From an uncultured Bacillota bacterium (GTDB taxonomy: Bacteria; Bacillota; Clostridia; Lachnospirales; Lachnospiraceae), in NCBI GenBank assembly GCA_958352855.1, contig CATWQE010000005.1, forward strand, positions 25,785 to 89,784: a DNA stretch of 64,000 nt. Reading direction: 5' to 3'. Every line of letters starts with the position of its first letter. Position 1 is the stretch's first letter. Of this stretch, positions 26,591-36,921 are shown one piece after another. Both the position numbers and the translations under genes were made by a program. The notes beneath the pieces were generated by a model. That model did no database searches, was not told the DNA's origin, and saw only the letters and a list, made by a program, of their open reading frames with translations.

Positions 26591-28549
26591 TCAAATTGTC
26601 ACACCGGCACAGTATCCAGTACGCATTGCTTCCTGAATTTTGGAAGGCTTTCGACAGTCCCCTACAAAGATGACTTCTTCTGCCAGTTCATGCCAGTTTA
26701 CGAAATTAGGAAGAGTTCCTCTCATACCGGCAGCTATCAGAACAGTATCAGCTTCTAACAACATTTCTTTACCGCTTTCATCTACCATTTTTACACCGTT
26801 ATCTTCTATGGACAATACTTTTGCATTGCAGTAAGAGGTCACTGCATCCTCCAGTTTTTCAAGAAGATGACGCCAGTGGATATAAGGTGCATCTTTTGCC
26901 AGACCGTCCCGCATTTCAATAATAGAAACGTCATGACCTTTCCAGGCCAGCTCCAGACCTTCTTCACAGCCGGCCAATCCGCCGCCGATAATCACAACTT
27001 TTTTTCCTACAGACAAATGTTTCTTATACAAGTCTGTGATATGGTGGGAAATGGGTTTATCAATACCTGGAATTGGTGGAATGACAGGTTCGGAACCACA
27101 TGCCACAATTAAAGTATCGGGTTTTTCCTGTGCAATGAGTTTTTCTGTTACTTCCGTATTAAGACGAAGCTCCAGATTAGGGGTTCTCTGCACATTGATT
27201 ACCATGGACTTTAAAAACTGCACAATATCTTTTTTGAAGGAAATCTGTTTTGCGTAATCAAGACTGCTTGCCAGATGGTCATTTTTTTCACAGAGAATTA
27301 CATGGTGTCCTCTTTTTGCAGCAGTAATAGCTGCTTCCATGCCACCAGGACCGCCACCTGCAACCAGCACTTTTTTTGCATAAGGTACAGGTTCTTCTTT
27401 GCGGGTGTTTTCGTATTCTCTTCCCCAGGTAGGATTTACGCTACAGCGAAGGACACCGGAAGAAAATGGAACATGAGGGATAAATCCTGCGCTGATGCAG
27501 GTTTCACAACGAATACATTTGGTAATTTCTTCTGGTTTACCCTGACGTGCTTTTCTTGGCCAGTTAGGGTCTGCAATAAACTGACGTCCAACTACAACAA
27601 AATCAGCCTTTTTTTCTTCCAGTACATTTTCCATAAAATCAGGATCATTAATGCCGCCTACCACAGAAACAAGGGATTTGTGAACTACTGCTTTGATTTT
27701 AGAAGCATTTCCTACATTACATCCTCTTGGATAGAATACAGTAGGGAACATTCTGGCAGAACTACTGGTATCATGGAAAGTAGCCGCTGATACATGAATA
27801 ATATCTACTTTTCCATCCAGCATTTTTGCAAATTCAATGGTTTCTTCAATAGGAATACCGCCTTCTGTTTCCTCTTCTCCACTTAGGCGGAACTCAATAA
27901 TCAGATTCGGACATTTCTGACGAATGCGATCTACAATCATTAATGGAAAACGTGCCTTGTTTTCAATGGAACCCCCATATTTATCTGTTCTGTGATTATT
28001 CAAATCAGAAAGAAACTGGCTGATAAGCCATCCATGGCCACCATGAATATTTACAATATCACATCCGGCAAATTCCGCCATATAAGCAGCCTGAGCATAA
28101 GCATCAGCAATCATATCCATCATATTTTCATCCATTTCAATGACCTTATCACCATACAAATTGGCTTCCATAGGACTTGGACCGATCACATAGCCTCCTT
28201 CAGCGAGAAAAGCACCTTTGGCACGACAGCCGGAATGAGTTAGTTCAATGGAAGCCAAAGCTCCCCACTTATGAACTGTATCAACTGTCTGAATCAGAGA
28301 TGGAAGAAGGGTTTCGTCATCCAGATGCGGCATGGTAGGATGGGCATGGTCAGTAAGACTATGTACGCCTGCTTCTCCAAGTGTGACAATACCAGCGCCA
28401 CCTTTAGCAATGGAGTTATACATTTCGTAGGCTTCACGAGTATAAAACGGTACATCTCCACTAGGTGACATGGGTGCAGATTCAATACGGTTTTTAATAT
28501 AACTATTTCTAATTCGAATAGGTTCAAACAAATGTGGATAATGGAACAT
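26591..28549 (-). CDS. OYE-like FMN oxidoreductase fused to an FAD/NAD(P)-binding domain (2-enoate reductase / 2,4-dienoyl-CoA reductase FadH-like)
   Basis: N-terminal Old Yellow Enzyme TIM-barrel (LFEPIRIRNSYIKNRIESAPMS). Fe-S motif CIRCETCISAG...C. C-terminal GAGPGGMEAA Rossmann FAD-binding domain. 652 aa. Confidence 0.8.
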   Translation of the reverse strand: MFHYPHLFEPIRIRNSYIKNRIESAPMSPSGDVPFYTREAYEMYNSIAKGGAGIVTLGEAGVHSLTDHAHPTMPHLDDETLLPSLIQTVDTVHKWGALASIELTHSGCRAKGAFLAEGGYVIGPSPMEANLYGDKVIEMDENMMDMIADAYAQAAYMAEFAGCDIVNIHGGHGWLISQFLSDLNNHRTDKYGGSIENKARFPLMIVDRIRQKCPNLIIEFRLSGEEETEGGIPIEETIEFAKMLDGKVDIIHVSAATFHDTSSSARMFPTVFYPRGCNVGNASKIKAVVHKSLVSVVGGINDPDFMENVLEEKKADFVVVGRQFIADPNWPRKARQGKPEEITKCIRCETCISAGFIPHVPFSSGVLRCSVNPTWGREYENTRKEEPVPYAKKVLVAGGGPGGMEAAITAAKRGHHVILCEKNDHLASSLDYAKQISFKKDIVQFLKSMVINVQRTPNLELRLNTEVTEKLIAQEKPDTLIVACGSEPVIPPIPGIDKPISHHITDLYKKHLSVGKKVVIIGGGLAGCEEGLELAWKGHDVSIIEMRDGLAKDAPYIHWRHLLEKLEDAVTSYCNAKVLSIEDNGVKMVDESGKEMLLEADTVLIAAGMRGTLPNFVNWHELAEEVIFVGDCRKPSKIQEAMRTGYCAGVTI

Positions 28550-28655
28550 AATGACCCTCCCTATAAAAAAATACGATTTTTTTGTTTAAAACAACAGTTT
28601 TCTTTCGCTTTTTCTATGCCTTTATGTTCATATTAACAGTTTGACCTTGGGAATG

Positions 28656-29948
28656 TTATTCAATATTTTGATGCTCTGTTTCAATATTTTGATATTTTAG
28701 AGCATGGTTTTTTCTGTATTCCCCAGGAGAGATGCTGCAAAGGCGTTTAAAACAAGTGCAGAAATAGCTGTAGCTGTTAATTCCTACACGATAAGCAATC
28801 TGTTCAATAGGGATGGAGGTTTGTGCCAGGAGTTCTTTGCTGTGGTCAATGCGGCATGCAGTAAGATACTGAACAAAGGTCATACCAAATTCTTCGCGGA
28901 ATACACGAGTAAAATGACCTTCACTGAAACCTATCAGGCTGGACAAGGTTCCAAGACGGATATTTTCCATGTAATGGGTTTCAATATATTCACTTACAGG
29001 AACTTTAAACAGATATTCTGTACCTGTATTCGCTTCATTCAAACTATGTGTGAATGAGTAGAAAAACTCCATAAAATATTTTCTGGCATCAGCAATAAAA
29101 CTACATGATAGAATCTGTGCAATCGCTGTGTTGCTGCATTCCGTCATTTGCTGTTTGGGAATGCCGCAGCGTACACCATAATCACTGATTTTATGAAGAA
29201 GACGTATAAGCTCCATTTTTGCTTCTTCTGGTTTTAACTGTCCATCTAATAATACCTGCATAATAGATTGCAGCACGCATTCCATTCGCGAAGTGCTGGA
29301 ACGGGAAAAAGCTGTCATGAGTTCTGGATAGAAATGATTCAGGCTGGTTTCTTTTGTAGGGCTATGTTGTTCTACATCAGCCAGAAAAATGCTGAATTCT
29401 TTTCCGGAGAAATAGCTTTTATTTAGCGCCAGATTCATATTGGGCTGCATTTGAGAATATTGCCAGATTCGGCTACAGCGCTGGCTGATACAGATGGAGA
29501 TGGTATAATCACTCTTGCTGCGGATAGCTTCCTTGAATGAGTCTGCAATTTTTGAGAGATAATTGCGGATATCGTTTTTTTCTTCTTTTTCACAGCATAA
29601 AAAGCAGATTAGTTTGTCAATACCTACCAGATTTGCCATAAATCCTTTTAAGCCCAACTCTTGCATACGTCCTCTTAACAGATTGATAAGGAGAGTTTTT
29701 TGATAAAATTCCTGAGTTATCTGCATTTTGCTGCTGTAATTATAATAATCATCCACCTGAATTAAAAAGAAACGATTTGGCAGTGTATCCAGATTAACGG
29801 TTGCCAGAGCTTCTTTTACTTTTTCAGGACGTATATTATTGTAAATCAGACTATAGGAAAGTTCGCAAGCCAGTACATTGTGCATTGTAATATAATCTTT
29901 CCAATAATCCAGGTCTTTATATGTTAAAACTTTTTCGTTATCTTTCAT
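28656..29948 (-). CDS. AraC family transcriptional regulator
   Basis: C-terminal AraC HTH (IEQIAYRVGINSYSYFCTCFKRLCSISPGEYRK). N-terminal domain of about 300 aa with unknown ligand specificity. Confidence 0.8.
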   Translation of the reverse strand: MKDNEKVLTYKDLDYWKDYITMHNVLACELSYSLIYNNIRPEKVKEALATVNLDTLPNRFFLIQVDDYYNYSSKMQITQEFYQKTLLINLLRGRMQELGLKGFMANLVGIDKLICFLCCEKEEKNDIRNYLSKIADSFKEAIRSKSDYTISICISQRCSRIWQYSQMQPNMNLALNKSYFSGKEFSIFLADVEQHSPTKETSLNHFYPELMTAFSRSSTSRMECVLQSIMQVLLDGQLKPEEAKMELIRLLHKISDYGVRCGIPKQQMTECSNTAIAQILSCSFIADARKYFMEFFYSFTHSLNEANTGTEYLFKVPVSEYIETHYMENIRLGTLSSLIGFSEGHFTRVFREEFGMTFVQYLTACRIDHSKELLAQTSIPIEQIAYRVGINSYSYFCTCFKRLCSISPGEYRKNHALKYQNIETEHQNIE

Positions 29949-30169
29949 AATACTGGTCAGTCCTTTCTCTTTTGCTGAAATTATTTTAATTCTATTCTAT
30001 CAAAAATGGTAAAAGCATACAATATATTAAAATTTTTAAATAATACATCAATATTATAGAATTACTTTCTTGCTTTAGCAGAGTATAATTCAATCAAACT
30101 TTTTTCTATGCCGGAGAAAAAATAAAAGAACCATGTTGACAGTAGGGCATGGTGGGAAGGGAGATTTTT

Positions 30170-31582
30170 ATGAGTAATGGAATGATTCCAACAATTATCG
30201 TTGTATTGGTACTTTATTTTGCTGCAATGGTGGTCATTGGATGGATGGGGCGAAGTAAGGCAAGTAACTTTGAGGGATATTTAAGTATGGGACGTTCTGC
30301 TGGCGTACTGCTTTTAATGGGAGGCGCTATTGGAGGGCAGATTGGAAATGGATTTGTAGTAGGAGGTGCTGCTGAAGGTTCTCTATCCGGTCTGGCAGGT
30401 TCTGCTTATGGTATTGCCTGTGCGTTGTCCACAGTTATGGTTGCCCTGTTTTTGAATAATTTCATTTACAATCATGGTTATATGTCTATGGCAGACTATA
30501 CCAGAGAACGCTATCACAATGAAATACCAGGAACAATTTATGATTTAAGTACTGCAATCTCTTCCATTGGATTGATTGCAGGACAGATTATGGCAGGTAA
30601 AGCTTTATTTGAAGCTCTGGACCTTCCGGGAAATGTAGGTGCCATTGCCATTGCTGTAGTTGTATTGCTGTATTCTCAGCTTTCCGGACTTTGGGGAGCA
30701 TTTGCAACCTCTGTGGTTCAGACAGGAGTCATCCTTGTTGGTCTTGTAGCTACTACGGTTGTTCTTTTCGCAAGAGGTGCAGTAGGGGATATGAGTGCTG
30801 CTATTGAAGCAGGAACTATTGCAAGCTCTTCACTGGATATGAGTGGACTTTCAGTAGCAGGTTTTGCAGGTATGATGCTTCCTCTGTTATTTGGAATGGT
30901 AACAGACCAGCCTACCTATCAGCGTGTCAATTCAGCGAAAAGTGCAAAGATTTCACGTATTGCCTGTTATCTTTCCTGTCTGGTTATGATTCCTCTGGCA
31001 TTAATGCCGGCATTCATTGGTTCTTATGGTGCGTATAAATATGGAGCCAGTGGAAACAGTGCATTTTTTGATGTGATTTTAAATGAACTTCCGGCAATTG
31101 TGTGTGCTTTAATTATTGCAGCAGTTCTGGCAGCCGTTATGTCTACTATTGACTGCGGTTTGATTACCATGTCAACGGTTCTTACAAGAGATATCTGGCA
31201 GGGAGCATTAAAGAAGAACCCATCAGAAGCACAGTTAAAGAAAATTACCCTGGTAGTAAACATTGGATTTATGTTTACCTCTACAGCTTTGGCACTGTCT
31301 GCAAGCAGCATTTTGGGATTATTAAATTCTGTATATTCTTTCCTGGCAGCGGCATGTTTTGTTCCGTTTGTAGGAGGGATTGTATGGAAAAAGGGAAATG
31401 CAAGAAGTGCAGTAGCATCCTCTATTGTAGGTGTTCTGACCGTCTTGATTAGTTGGATTCCAGGCGTGGTATTTCCACTTGGAAATATTATTCCAGCCAG
31501 CCTGTTCCCAATTATTCCTTCTGCAATCGCTTACTTCCTGGTAAGTCTGATTCCGTCTTCAGAAGGTACAGTGAAGGCATAG
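30170..31582 (+). CDS. Sodium:solute symporter (SSS) family transporter
   Basis: 13 predicted TM helices with an SSS-type fold. ATG at 30170 follows GGGAAGGGAGA. Divergently transcribed from the AraC gene. Confidence 0.75.
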   Translation: MSNGMIPTIIVVLVLYFAAMVVIGWMGRSKASNFEGYLSMGRSAGVLLLMGGAIGGQIGNGFVVGGAAEGSLSGLAGSAYGIACALSTVMVALFLNNFIYNHGYMSMADYTRERYHNEIPGTIYDLSTAISSIGLIAGQIMAGKALFEALDLPGNVGAIAIAVVVLLYSQLSGLWGAFATSVVQTGVILVGLVATTVVLFARGAVGDMSAAIEAGTIASSSLDMSGLSVAGFAGMMLPLLFGMVTDQPTYQRVNSAKSAKISRIACYLSCLVMIPLALMPAFIGSYGAYKYGASGNSAFFDVILNELPAIVCALIIAAVLAAVMSTIDCGLITMSTVLTRDIWQGALKKNPSEAQLKKITLVVNIGFMFTSTALALSASSILGLLNSVYSFLAAACFVPFVGGIVWKKGNARSAVASSIVGVLTVLISWIPGVVFPLGNIIPASLFPIIPSAIAYFLVSLIPSSEGTVKA

Positions 31583-31697
31583 ATATTAAAGGACTGTTGT
31601 ATGAAACAACTATCAAGATAGGTGTTGATACAACAGTCTTTTGTAATATGAGGAAACAAATAATCCTATAAAATCAAAGAAATGCAACTCATGGATA

Positions 31698-32741
31698 CTA
31701 TGAATCAGAAACTGCCTGCATCTCAATCTCTTCTTCAAACCCATCGCTATAATGCATCTTATAATCATCCGTAATAAACACAGCCTGGACATCAGGCAGA
31801 CTGTTTACCAGCTCCATCCCTTTCTCAAGTCCCAGGGCAAAACAGGAGGTAGAAAGCCCGTCTCCATCCACAGATTTGTCTGAAATAATGGTAACAGAGA
31901 CTAAGTGATTGTCATAGGGCATCCCGGTATCAGGATTTAAAATATGGTGATAAAAGGTTCCGTCCTGCTCAAAATACCGCTCATAAATCCCGGAAGAGAC
32001 TACAGATTTATCCGTAATATCCATGACTGCAATGGTTTCGCTGCGGTCAGCAAAGGGCTTCTGGATACCAATGCGAAAGGGACTGCCATCTGGTTTATTT
32101 CCCACGCAAAGCACGTTTCCCCCCAGGTTAATAGTGGCGCTTTTTACTCCATGTTCCAGAAGAAAGTCTTTGATTCTGTCAGCAATATAGCCCTTGGCAA
32201 TGGCGCCAAGATCCAGCATCATGCCTTCTTTGGCAAAGGTAATCTCTTCTTTGGAAACCTGTACATCCTGGTAGTTTACCAGGGGAAGGGCTGCGTCCAG
32301 TTCCTCTTTTGAGGGTACTTTTTTCTGCTCAGAAGTGAAATCCCACAGAGAGGATACAGGGCCTATGGTAATGTCAAAGGCGCCTTTAGAAAGCTTACCG
32401 TATTCCAGCCCTTTGGAAATAAGTTCTGCGGTTTCCGAAGAGACGGTGTAGGCATGATTCTGTAGGGGAAGGGTGCCATGATTAAGCTGATAAAGCTCAC
32501 TGGTTTTTAAGGTGCGGCTGAAAAGCTGTTCATAATCATCACACAGGTTCATCGCTTCCTGAAGGAGTTTTTCGTCTGTGGAATCATACAGGGTCAGGGT
32601 AACTACGGTATTTAATTTAAAAGCAGTAGAAGAAAGTGGCTCCTGCTTTTTTTCTTTTTTCTCATACAGGGCTGCAAATACCAGAAGCACGATTACGCCC
32701 AGAAAACAGCAGATGCCAATAAATTTTTTTCTCTGTGTCAT
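31698..32741 (-). CDS. apbE: FAD:protein FMN transferase (ApbE family), membrane-anchored
   Basis: N-terminal anchor helix. ApbE signatures LDLGAIAKGYIADRI and HHILNPDTGMP. Confidence 0.85.
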   Translation of the reverse strand: MTQRKKFIGICCFLGVIVLLVFAALYEKKEKKQEPLSSTAFKLNTVVTLTLYDSTDEKLLQEAMNLCDDYEQLFSRTLKTSELYQLNHGTLPLQNHAYTVSSETAELISKGLEYGKLSKGAFDITIGPVSSLWDFTSEQKKVPSKEELDAALPLVNYQDVQVSKEEITFAKEGMMLDLGAIAKGYIADRIKDFLLEHGVKSATINLGGNVLCVGNKPDGSPFRIGIQKPFADRSETIAVMDITDKSVVSSGIYERYFEQDGTFYHHILNPDTGMPYDNHLVSVTIISDKSVDGDGLSTSCFALGLEKGMELVNSLPDVQAVFITDDYKMHYSDGFEEEIEMQAVSDS

Positions 32742-32847
32742 AAAATCTCCTTATGAAATCAATCTTTTTATCTTTCCCATTGTAAAATGACAATATCCAT
32801 GTGTCAAGATTCATATGATAGAATCAACGAAGAAAACGAGGCGCAAA

Positions 32848-33516
32848 ATGAAAAAAGGAATTTTGATATTGGGAGTCATCATTGCCCTTGCAGGGATGTT
32901 TTTTCAGGGAAAGGGAATGGAACGGGCAGTTGAAACAGTGGGGGAATTGTCCCACAAGGAGCATCCCAGGGTAGCTCTGACTTTTGATGATGGCCCGCAC
33001 ATGGTGTATACAGAAATGCTGCTGGATGGATTGAAGGAGAGGGGAATCTGCGCTACCTTTTTTCTCATAGGAAAGAATATTGAAGGCAATGAAGAACTGG
33101 TGCAGAGAATGCAAAAGGAGGGGCATCTCATTGGCAACCATACTTATCATCATGTGAATTTAAAGGAGCTTTCCCGAAAAGAAGCAGAACAGGAAATCCA
33201 AAAGACCGGGAATAAGATTTATGAAAGCGCCGGCATCTGCACTGCCTTTGTCCGCCCGCCTTTTGGGGAATGGAGGAAAAATCTGGATTTAGATATGACT
33301 ATGATTCCAGTGTCCTGGAATATTGATTCTCTGGACTGGACCACAGAAAATACGGAAAAAATTATAAAAAGGGTAGTGAAAGATGTGGAAGAAGATGATA
33401 TTATTTTAATGCATGATGTTTATAAAACCTCCGTAGAAGCAGCGCTTCAGATTGTGGATATTCTGAAGGAACGGGGGTATGAATTTGTCACAGTGGATAA
33501 ATTGCTGCTGGAATAG
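32848..33516 (+). CDS. Polysaccharide deacetylase family protein (NodB homology domain), secreted
   Basis: Signal peptide followed by RVALTFDDGPH. His-His pair near the C-terminus. Start at 32848 (RBS GAGG). The longer frame from 32815 has no RBS. Confidence 0.8.
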   Translation: MKKGILILGVIIALAGMFFQGKGMERAVETVGELSHKEHPRVALTFDDGPHMVYTEMLLDGLKERGICATFFLIGKNIEGNEELVQRMQKEGHLIGNHTYHHVNLKELSRKEAEQEIQKTGNKIYESAGICTAFVRPPFGEWRKNLDLDMTMIPVSWNIDSLDWTTENTEKIIKRVVKDVEEDDIILMHDVYKTSVEAALQIVDILKERGYEFVTVDKLLLE

Positions 33517-33525
33517 GAGATACAT

Positions 33526-34863
33526 ATGGATTTATTTGATTATATGAAAGAACAGACCCTGGAGAATGAGTCGCCGCTGGCCTCCAGAATGCGTCCTGTA
33601 ACCCTGGAAGAGGTGGCAGGGCAGCAGCACATTATTGGAAAGGATAAATTGCTTTATCGTGCCATTAAGGCGGATAAACTGGGAAGCGTGATTTTCTATG
33701 GCCCTCCGGGAACCGGGAAGACCACTCTGGCAAAGGTCATTGCCAATACCACCAGCGCCAGATTTAAACAGTTAAATGCAACGGTTGCAGGGAAAAAGGA
33801 TATGGAAGAAGTGGTAAAAGAGGCCCAGGAATATCTTGGCATGTATGGAAAGAAAACCATTTTATTTATTGACGAGATTCACCGTTTTAATAAGGGACAG
33901 CAGGATTATCTGCTTCCTTTTGTGGAGGATGGAACTTTGATTCTTATTGGAGCCACCACAGAGAACCCCTATTTTGAGGTAAATGGGGCTTTGATTTCCA
34001 GGTCTATTGTGTTTGAGTTAAAGCCTCTTGGAAAAGAGGATATCTGCAAATTACTGGACCGGGCGGTGACAGATGTGGAAAAAGGAATGGGAAGCTATCA
34101 GGCAGTACTTCATGAAGATGCCAGGGATTTTCTGGCGGATATTTCCGGCGGGGATGCCAGGGCTGCCCTAAATGCTCTGGAGCTTGGGATTCTTACTACA
34201 GAGAAAAGCCCGGACGGGAAGATTCATATTGATTTGGAGACTGCTTCCCAGTGTATTCAGAAGCGGGTGGTGCGGTACGACAAGACTGGGGATAATCACT
34301 ATGATACCATTTCTGCTTTTATTAAGAGTATGAGAGGGTCAGACCCGGATGCAGCGGTGTTTTATCTGGCAAAGATGCTTTATGCAGGGGAAGATATTAA
34401 ATTTATTGCCCGAAGGATTATGATTTGTGCCGCAGAGGATGTGGGAAATGCAGACCCTCAGGCATTGCAGGTGGCAGTGGCGGCAGCCCAGGCAGTGGAG
34501 CGGCTTGGCATGCCGGAGGCGCGGATTCCGCTGGCTCAGGCAGTGACCTATGTAGCCAGCGCGCCAAAGAGCAACGCTGCTTACCTGGCTGTGGATGAAG
34601 CTCTGGAAGCGGTAAGAAGTACCAAAACCACAGTGCCGGTACATCTTCAGGATTCTCATTATAAAGGAGCCGGGAAGCTGGGACATGGTATTGGTTATCA
34701 GTATGCTCATGATTATCCAAACCATTATGTGAAGCAGCAGTATCTGCCCTCAGAGCTTGCAGACAGGGTATTCTATCGGCCAACAGAAAATGGTTATGAG
34801 AAGAACATACAGGAATATTTTGCGAAAATTCATGGAAGTAAGGAACAGGAAGAAGAAAAATGA
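33526..34863 (+). CDS. rarA: Replication-associated recombination protein A (AAA+ ATPase MgsA/RarA)
   Basis: Walker A GPPGTGKTT, Walker B ILFIDEIHRFNK, and an MgsA C-terminal domain. Confidence 0.9.
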   Translation: MDLFDYMKEQTLENESPLASRMRPVTLEEVAGQQHIIGKDKLLYRAIKADKLGSVIFYGPPGTGKTTLAKVIANTTSARFKQLNATVAGKKDMEEVVKEAQEYLGMYGKKTILFIDEIHRFNKGQQDYLLPFVEDGTLILIGATTENPYFEVNGALISRSIVFELKPLGKEDICKLLDRAVTDVEKGMGSYQAVLHEDARDFLADISGGDARAALNALELGILTTEKSPDGKIHIDLETASQCIQKRVVRYDKTGDNHYDTISAFIKSMRGSDPDAAVFYLAKMLYAGEDIKFIARRIMICAAEDVGNADPQALQVAVAAAQAVERLGMPEARIPLAQAVTYVASAPKSNAAYLAVDEALEAVRSTKTTVPVHLQDSHYKGAGKLGHGIGYQYAHDYPNHYVKQQYLPSELADRVFYRPTENGYEKNIQEYFAKIHGSKEQEEEK

Positions 34864-36218
34864 AAGAAGAGCAGCATGATTTTTCCAGGGGAAGTATGCT
34901 GGGGAACATTCTCCGGCTGTCCCTTCCTCTGATTGTGGCGCAGTTTATTAATGTTTTATATAATATTGTGGACAGAATGTACATTGGAAGAATTCCGGGA
35001 GCAGAGTCAGCAGCTCTTACAGGAGTGGGAGTTGCCTTCCCTATCATTACAGGTATTACCGCGTTTTCATTACTGGTGGGAACAGGAGGAGCGCCCCTTT
35101 GTTCCATTGCCAGAGGAAAAGGAGACGAGAAGAGAGCAGAGCACATTATGGGAAATTCCTTCCTTATGACTCTGGTTATGGGGGTGGCGCTTCTTGGAAT
35201 GGGACTTTTGGTGAAGGAGCCTCTGTTATATGCCCTGGGAGCCAGTCCTGCAACCTTTGGCTATGCCAATGACTATATCAGCATTTATCTTTTGGGTACA
35301 GTGTTTGTTATGATTAGTCTTTCTATGAATGGATTTATTAATTGTCAGGGATTTGCCAAAATGGGAATGCTTACGGTACTCATTGGAGCAGTTTTGAACC
35401 TGATTCTGGACCCGGTGTTTATTTTTGTATTTCATATGGGTGTGAAAGGGGCTGCCGTTGCAACGGTCCTTTCCCAGATGGTATCAGCTTTTTGGGTGGT
35501 GGGGTTTCTCACAGGAAAGAAGACCTTGCTTCACCTTCGGATATCTTCTATGAAGCCGGATTTTCCCTGTATGGGAGAGATTTTAAGCCTGGGACTTTCG
35601 GGATTTATTATGGCGGCAACCAACTGTGGCGTCCAGGTGGTTTGTAATGTAACCCTTCAATCCTATGGCGGGGATGTGTATGTGGGAATTATGACCATTG
35701 TGAATTCGGTAAGAGAGGTGCTAAGTGTTCCGGCCAGTGGGCTGACCCAGGGAACACAGCCGATTTTAGGCTTTAATTACGGAGCCGGGGAATATGCAAG
35801 GGTGAAATCAGGGATTAAGATTATGTCTGTGATTTGTATGGTATACACCACCATTGCCTGGGGGATTACCCTGTTAATTCCCCAGGTATTTATCCGCCTG
35901 TTCAATGGAGGAGAAGAGCTTATGGAGCTTGGTGTACCAGCCATGCGGATTTATTTCTTTGGCTTTTGCTTCATGTCTTTGCAGTTTGCAGGACAGAGTG
36001 TCTTTACCGGGCTTGGAAAAGCAAAGCAGGCCATTTTCTTCTCCCTGCTTCGGAAAGCTGTGATTGTGATTCCACTGACATTGTGGCTGCCAAAGGTGGC
36101 AGGCCTTGGGGCAACCGGAGTATTCTTAGCAGAACCTGTTTCCAATTTTATTGGAGGAACTGCCTGCTTTGTAACCATGCTTTGGGTTATCTGGCCTGCT
36201 CTTTCAAGAAAGTTGTAG
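34860..36218 (+). CDS. MATE family efflux transporter
   Basis: 12 TM helices with a MATE-type duplicated fold. 452 aa. ATGA overlap with the rarA stop. Confidence 0.85.
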   Translation: MKEEQHDFSRGSMLGNILRLSLPLIVAQFINVLYNIVDRMYIGRIPGAESAALTGVGVAFPIITGITAFSLLVGTGGAPLCSIARGKGDEKRAEHIMGNSFLMTLVMGVALLGMGLLVKEPLLYALGASPATFGYANDYISIYLLGTVFVMISLSMNGFINCQGFAKMGMLTVLIGAVLNLILDPVFIFVFHMGVKGAAVATVLSQMVSAFWVVGFLTGKKTLLHLRISSMKPDFPCMGEILSLGLSGFIMAATNCGVQVVCNVTLQSYGGDVYVGIMTIVNSVREVLSVPASGLTQGTQPILGFNYGAGEYARVKSGIKIMSVICMVYTTIAWGITLLIPQVFIRLFNGGEELMELGVPAMRIYFFGFCFMSLQFAGQSVFTGLGKAKQAIFFSLLRKAVIVIPLTLWLPKVAGLGATGVFLAEPVSNFIGGTACFVTMLWVIWPALSRKL

Positions 36219-36710
36219 TTCTTTTGCAATTTCCTCACAGATTTCAGCCACAGACTTGCGGTCTGTGGAGATAACAATATCAGCGGCAGCCAGGTATTTT
36301 TCCTGTCGCTGCTGCATAAGACTGGCAATGCTTTCCGGCGTTTTGCGATCTTTTAAAAGAGGACGGGAGGTGTCTGTTTTTGTCCGGTCAAGGATGGTCT
36401 CAGGGCTGGCGGTTAACAGGACAACCTTACCGTTCTTTTTCATTTCTGTTACATTTTCTTCTCTCAGGGCAGCGCCGCCCCCACAGGAAATGATTTTGTT
36501 CTGGCAATTCTGCAGGTTCCTTAAAAGCTCTGTTTCCAGTCTGCGAAAATAAGATTCACCATGTACCTGAAAAATTTCCGGGATGGACATGCCCTCCTGT
36601 CTGGCAAGAACTTCATCCATTTCTACGATTTCCATATGATACTGGCGGCTTAAGGAAGCTGCCACTGTGCTTTTTCCGGTTCCCATAAATCCGATTAAAA
36701 CAAGATTCAT
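36204..36710 (-). CDS. aroK: Shikimate kinase
   Basis: MNLVLIGFMGTGKST P-loop, about 168 aa. ATG at 36710 follows AAAGGTGG. The longer frame in the ORF track begins at a GTG. Confidence 0.85.
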   Translation of the reverse strand: MNLVLIGFMGTGKSTVAASLSRQYHMEIVEMDEVLARQEGMSIPEIFQVHGESYFRRLETELLRNLQNCQNKIISCGGGAALREENVTEMKKNGKVVLLTASPETILDRTKTDTSRPLLKDRKTPESIASLMQQRQEKYLAAADIVISTDRKSVAEICEEIAKELQLS

Positions 36711-36921
36711 AAAATTTTCCACCTTTTCGATTTAAAGTATGAAAATATTATAACAGCAGAAAAGGTCCGGTTCAAGTGGGAAAAGATATCATTAGCCGAC
36801 TAATTATATTTTTGTGAGATATTTCTAAAAAAAATGTAAAATATGGAAGTTTAACTTGATTTTTTTACAGAATGGACATAATATATGTTAATCGACTAAT
36901 GAAAAGAAAGGAGTAGCGAAG

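Noticed and set aside
34418-35146. 242-aa and 128-aa minus-strand ORFs across the rarA-MATE junction
   Set aside because: They run antisense to two confidently identified genes. They are Pro/Ala/Ser-rich with no recognisable domains, and so are spurious.
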